From Eledone cirrhosa (taxonomy: Eukaryota), in assembly GCA_964016885.1 (NCBI GenBank), contig OZ024755.1, positions 29,388,001-29,452,000 on the forward strand: DNA of 64,000 nt, written 5' to 3'. How positions within the stretch are numbered: the first letter of the stretch is position 1; every line of letters starts with the position of its first letter. Under the pieces are notes generated by a model. The model saw nothing but the letters and a program-made list of their open reading frames with translations. It was not told the origin of the DNA and did not search any database. Below are positions 59,427-64,000 of this stretch, piece by piece. Made by a program: the position numbers and the translations under genes.

Positions 59427-59655
59427 TCAACCCTTTAGCATTTATATTACTCTATATATACTATTATATTTTCACAGTAAACACTTTAATTCACATAATT
59501 ATCTCACATAATACCGAATCTACGAGATTTTGATACTGTTTATTTTGAGAAAAATACCTTAACATCAGTATGAGTGACTGTTTACAGCCAGTTTGAACAG
59601 AAAGAGGTGAGAGAATTCTGGCCGGATTTGGCCGATTTAAATGCTAAAGTGTTAA
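59427..59655. mobile_element. TTAA-type (piggyBac-like) MITE
   Basis: tcaa-CCCTTTAGCATTTA ... TAAATGCTAAAGtG-ttaa. Confidence 0.75.
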
Positions 59656-59888
59656 TATCTACTCGAGCAGCAAACTACAACAGCAGCATCGAAGGTGCAT
59701 TTATGTAGACTTTTGGTCTGTTAGAAATAACAGCCAATCCGTCCTGAAATCACAATAAAGTAGTCTCAGGTACACTCACTATGTTATATTCCCACACACA
59801 CAAATATATGTTTATTATTCCCACACACTCAAATGTGTGTGTGTGTGCGTGTGCGCGTGTGTGCGTGTGTGCGTGTGTGCGTGTGCGT

Positions 59889-59957
<69 letters not shown>

Positions 59958-60472
59958 CGCGCGTGCGCGTGGTGATGGTGCGTTTGCCTATAGCAGTTGG
60001 TTTTGTCAAAGAGAAGAAAGAATACTCACTACCATAGTATAATGTGCGGCATATCGGACCACGTGCTAGGGAACTGTAAATCTAAGGTGCTGCATCAGAT
60101 ATTTGACTGCTTCTAGTACTACTACTACTACTACGTCGATTGGGGTCCATATAAAGAAGAAGAAGAAGAAGAAGAAGAAGAAGAAGAAATGATAACTGTC
60201 TATTTCTTGTTATGGTTGGAATACCTTATACGATAACAACAATATCGCTGACTATTTCAGCGGGAATGCTTTAGTGATGGTGTGGGCGGGATGCCCTAGG
60301 CCCCACTACCCCTTCCTCTTTCTCATTCTTCTCTTACACTAGAGCCCTTGTCTTTCCTTTCCTTTTCCATTTTTTTTTTAAATATTTTTTCTCATTTTAC
60401 ATCCCATTGTTTCTTGTCAAATTAATTCTATTAAATTGTATTTACATGATATATTTTTTAGCTAGAATGAAA

Positions 60473-60808
60473 TAATTGTTTCTACTATTGGCACAAGGCT
60501 AGCAATTACCCAGTACATTACTGGTACTTTATTTTATCGACCCCGTAAGGATGAAAGGCAAAGATATGAAATAATATAAAAGAGAGTAAACAATGATTTC
60601 TACCATAGGCACAAGACCAGCAATTTTCTTTTGGGGGGTGAACCGATTAAATCGACCCCAGTGCATTACTGGTGTTTTATTTTATCGACGCCGTAAGGAT
60701 GAAAGGTAAAGTTAACCTCGGCGTGATTTGAATTCATATCATGAAGTGCTGTAACTCTCTGCTGCAAAGCATGTTGGCCGACCCTCTACCGATACTGCCA
60801 ATACACCG
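60473..60808 (-). mobile_element. Partial SINE plus variant SINE with TSD aagagagtaaaca
   Basis: Consensus match. Confidence 0.8.
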
Positions 60809-60959
60809 TAAGAGAGTAAACATTAATAATTGTTTCTACCTTTGGCACAAGGCCAGCAATTATCCCAGTTGAAAGGCCCCCAGTTGTTGTCACAACACCT
60901 TTCTAGTAGAGGGAAACTCTGGAGAAAAAAACCAAAAAAACCTGTGGCTTCGGAAGCAT

Positions 60960-61011
60960 CCGATGATGTTGACCAGTTCACCTTTTCGGGTGAACTCGTC
61001 AACATCATCGG
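60960..61011. repeat. 23-bp hairpin, 1 mismatch, 6-nt loop
   Basis: ccgatgatgttgaccagttcacc ttttcg ggtgaactcgtcaacatcatcgg. Confidence 0.9.
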
Positions 61012-61072
61012 GAGTAGAGCGCTAATATATATATATATATTAGCCCTCTACATGGCTGAATACAATAAATGT

Positions 61073-61329
61073 AATCTGAGTTTTTCGAATATTAATAATT
61101 GTTTCTACTTTTGGCACAAGGCCAGCAATTATTATCCCAGTGTATTACTGGTACTTTATTTTATCGACCCCCGTAAGGATGAAAACCAAAGTTAACCTCG
61201 GCGGGATTTGGTTAACTTTCCTTTCATCCTTACGGGGTCGATAAAATAAAGTACCAGTAATACACTGATTTAATTGCTGGCCTTGTGCCAAAAGTAGAAA
61301 CAATTATTAATATTCGAAAAACTCAGATT
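61073..61329. mobile_element. Fold-back of a SINE 3' half including flanking sequence
   Basis: aatctgagtttttcgaatattaataattgtttc ... gaaacaattattaatattcgaaaaactcagatt. Confidence 0.8.
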
Positions 61330-61425
61330 TCCGATTCGTTTGCAATTATACAAACAGCCTCTTTTTTAAAGCCATGTCAGTTGAATGAGCCCCTGATTCT
61401 TGCCCTTGTGTTGGCATGTAAACAG

Positions 61426-61576
61426 AATTGGATCGGTTCTTCTTCACCAACTGGCTACAACGCCTAATCTCACAGTAGCTATCTTTAACAATCTTTCCAA
61501 GGACACATTGAGTTCTACCAACGTTATCAGCCCCAGCACAAGAACTGGGTTTGATTTCATCCAGATTGCTCTTTCA
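61426..61576 (+). CDS. Candidate internal coding exon (phase 2-0, 151 nt), product unidentified
   Basis: aaacag| acceptor after a pyrimidine-rich tract, donor tca|gtaagt; open frame (R)IGSVLLHQLATTPNL...GFDFIQIALS. Confidence 0.5.
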
Positions 61577-61860
61577 GTAAGTTTCCTAATCTTCAGTCTA
61601 ATTTGGTAATCAATAGATTTATAGGTATGTATTTAAGCGTATGTATATGTCGCCATATGACTGCGTAAGGGAGTGGTGCACGTTTTAAAAGAAGAACAGC
61701 AATGCTGAAAAACAGTGATCACGTATTCGAATGAATTTGATCACGTTATCGATTAATGATTTCCAAGACATGGTATTCATTAAAATATTCTATGTTTGTC
61801 AGAAATTAAAGAGTCTTATCTATACAATTGAATACAAATGATAGATACGATAAATAACAT

Positions 61861-61898
<38 letters not shown>

Positions 61899-62163
61899 AG
61901 ATCAAAAGATGGTTAAATGAATTCCATGTATTTAACCATCATTTAACCATCTTTTGATCTTATATATTATGTATATTCCAGTCCTCCAAACTGTAGACTG
62001 CATTGCTTTATTGTACTACAATAAAACTCACCTACATATATATATATATATATACCAGAGGTATATGATCTTTAAAGCGAAGAAATACCAATGAAGGTTG
62101 GAAGATCACAGATGAAGGACTAATTTTATTCACATGTAACCCATGTGCAACCACGCAGCACGC

Positions 62164-62204
<41 letters not shown>

Positions 62205-62207
<3 letters not shown>

Positions 62208-62394
62208 CGAGGGAAATGTGGTAAGGAACGAGATGGAGCATGACGCACCAGAGTACTCAATACTTAGGGTAGTAGTGTGGGTAATAGGAAAAAGTATGAC
62301 CCCGACGGAAGAGCTCAAGCCGTTTCGACGGCTATTTCTGGATTCCAGAAATAGCCGTCGAAAGGGCTTGAGCTCTGCCGTCGGGGTCATACTT

Positions 62395-62398
<4 letters not shown>
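62205..62398. mobile_element. TA-embedded fold-back element, family A
   Basis: Palindrome centred on tggaTtcca. Confidence 0.8.
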
Positions 62399-62435
<37 letters not shown>

Positions 62436-62488
62436 TTATTATTATTATTATCATCATTATTATTATTATTATTCAAAGTTAACCCGTG

Positions 62489-62588
62489 GAGGTTAACTTT
62501 GCTTTTCATCCTTACGGGGTCGATAAAATAAAGTACCAGTAATGCACTGGGTAATTACTGGCCTTGTGCCAAAAGTAGAAACAATTAT
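62489..62588 (+). mobile_element. SINE 3' half
   Basis: Consensus; short fold-back aaagttaacc/ggttaacttt at the truncation point. Confidence 0.75.
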
Positions 62589-62612
62589 TATCATTATTAT
62601 TATTATTATTTT

Positions 62613-62990
62613 CTCTTGTTCGATGAGAATGGTGTCATCCTGTGTCAGCTATCCCAGAGGCGTTATCGTGCATAGAGACGACTAGGCCCACCAGTTTCCT
62701 CCATCGCTAAAGATCTACGTGCAAGCCCCTCACCATCCTGCAAGGTTACGTCAAGCCTCTGGGTGTCTTCCTTAATCACATGCAGTCAGCGGCGGGGCCT
62801 TACGTCAAGCCTCTGGGTGTCTTCCTTAATCACATGCAGCCAGCGACGGGGCCTTACGTCAAGCCTCTGGGTGTCTTCCTTAATCACATGCAGCCAGCGA
62901 CGGGGCCTGTCGCGGGGCCTTTTGCAGTCCGCTCTGTTGAAAACAAGCAACATCTTCCTGATAATTGATTTATATGCACCAAAGTGGGAA
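62613..62990 (-). mobile_element. RTE-like LINE 3' fragment containing a 54-bp x3 tandem repeat (62746-62907)
   Basis: Minus: CKRPRDRPRRWLHVIKED...RWRKLV; units start at 62746, 62800, 62854. Confidence 0.65.
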
Positions 62991-63214
62991 ACATATTGAA
63001 TGCCATAAACAAATGAAAATAAAACTTTGTAAAGCGGAAACGGTTAGTATGAAAACTAAAGAAATCATCACGATTCTTTCTAAAATCCCAGATATATTTT
63101 AAACAAAATAATAAGTAAGCCCTGCCATGGTTTCATATGAATAACCCTGTAAAAAGAACACTCATCCCAACATTAATATGGTTTAACTAGTGCTCAATCT
63201 GTTTATATACATAT

Positions 63215-63442
<228 letters not shown>

Positions 63443-64000
63443 GAATTATCACACACGAACACATACACACGAACACATACACACGAACACATACACAATC
63501 AGGTGCACTTATATATATATATATATCGCGCAGGCATACATAATTTAAACGTTTCTCAAAATTCTATTTGTTCGCAGTGTTATTAGGTGAGTATTGTGGT
63601 TATAATTATATAAAGCAAATTATAAAAGGAAGTAAATTGAAGCTAGATATCTATATTTAGTAAGGTGTGGTTATTGTTCCACTTTATAACCGTCAATGAA
63701 GTGTTTAAGAGAATAGTTTTATACACCTCGGTTCTGTTATCAATTGAAAATACGTTCGTGATCCCAAATTAATAAATAATTATATTAATGTTATATGAAG
63801 ATTCCAATAAGATTCTAATTCCTTGGCTTATTCATATTATTTTATAATATCAGTAATGTAATTATCTTATGTAATTAATCATAATTATTCAAAGAATACG
63901 AATCGTGCTCCTCAATCTGTAACACAGAATGTACAAACATATGAATAATGTAATCATCAATAAATAACAATCTCTATATTTGAAGTGAATTTAATGTAAA

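Overview
AT-rich, microsatellite-saturated animal genomic DNA. The SINE, (TA)n and (CATA)n landscape suggests a cephalopod (Octopus-like); that is an inference. Almost all ORFs in the track are microsatellite or SINE artefacts. Supportable content: ~34 copies of one tRNA-derived SINE (about 27 minus, 7 plus, counted by eye), a second SINE family, a 5'-truncated R4/Dong-type RLE LINE (9.2-11.95 kb) plus a Dong 3' fragment in (TAA)n, RTE fragments, two Penelope-like elements (PLE; RT + GIY-YIG), a decayed Tc1/mariner, hAT and TTAA MITEs, three minisatellites, an assembly gap with duplicated flanks, and two phase-compatible candidate exons of an unidentified plus-strand gene. Main hunt result: the window is dense in type I hammerhead ribozyme (HHR) motifs. 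About 9 have an intact CUGANGA/GAAA core (one probably an assembly duplicate) and many more are decayed or half copies, in several sequence families. One lies in the 3' UTR of the PLE; most others sit in short non-coding fold-back elements embedded in (TA)n, many folding back inside the ribozyme's stem II. All structures were paired by eye; no search or folding program was run.
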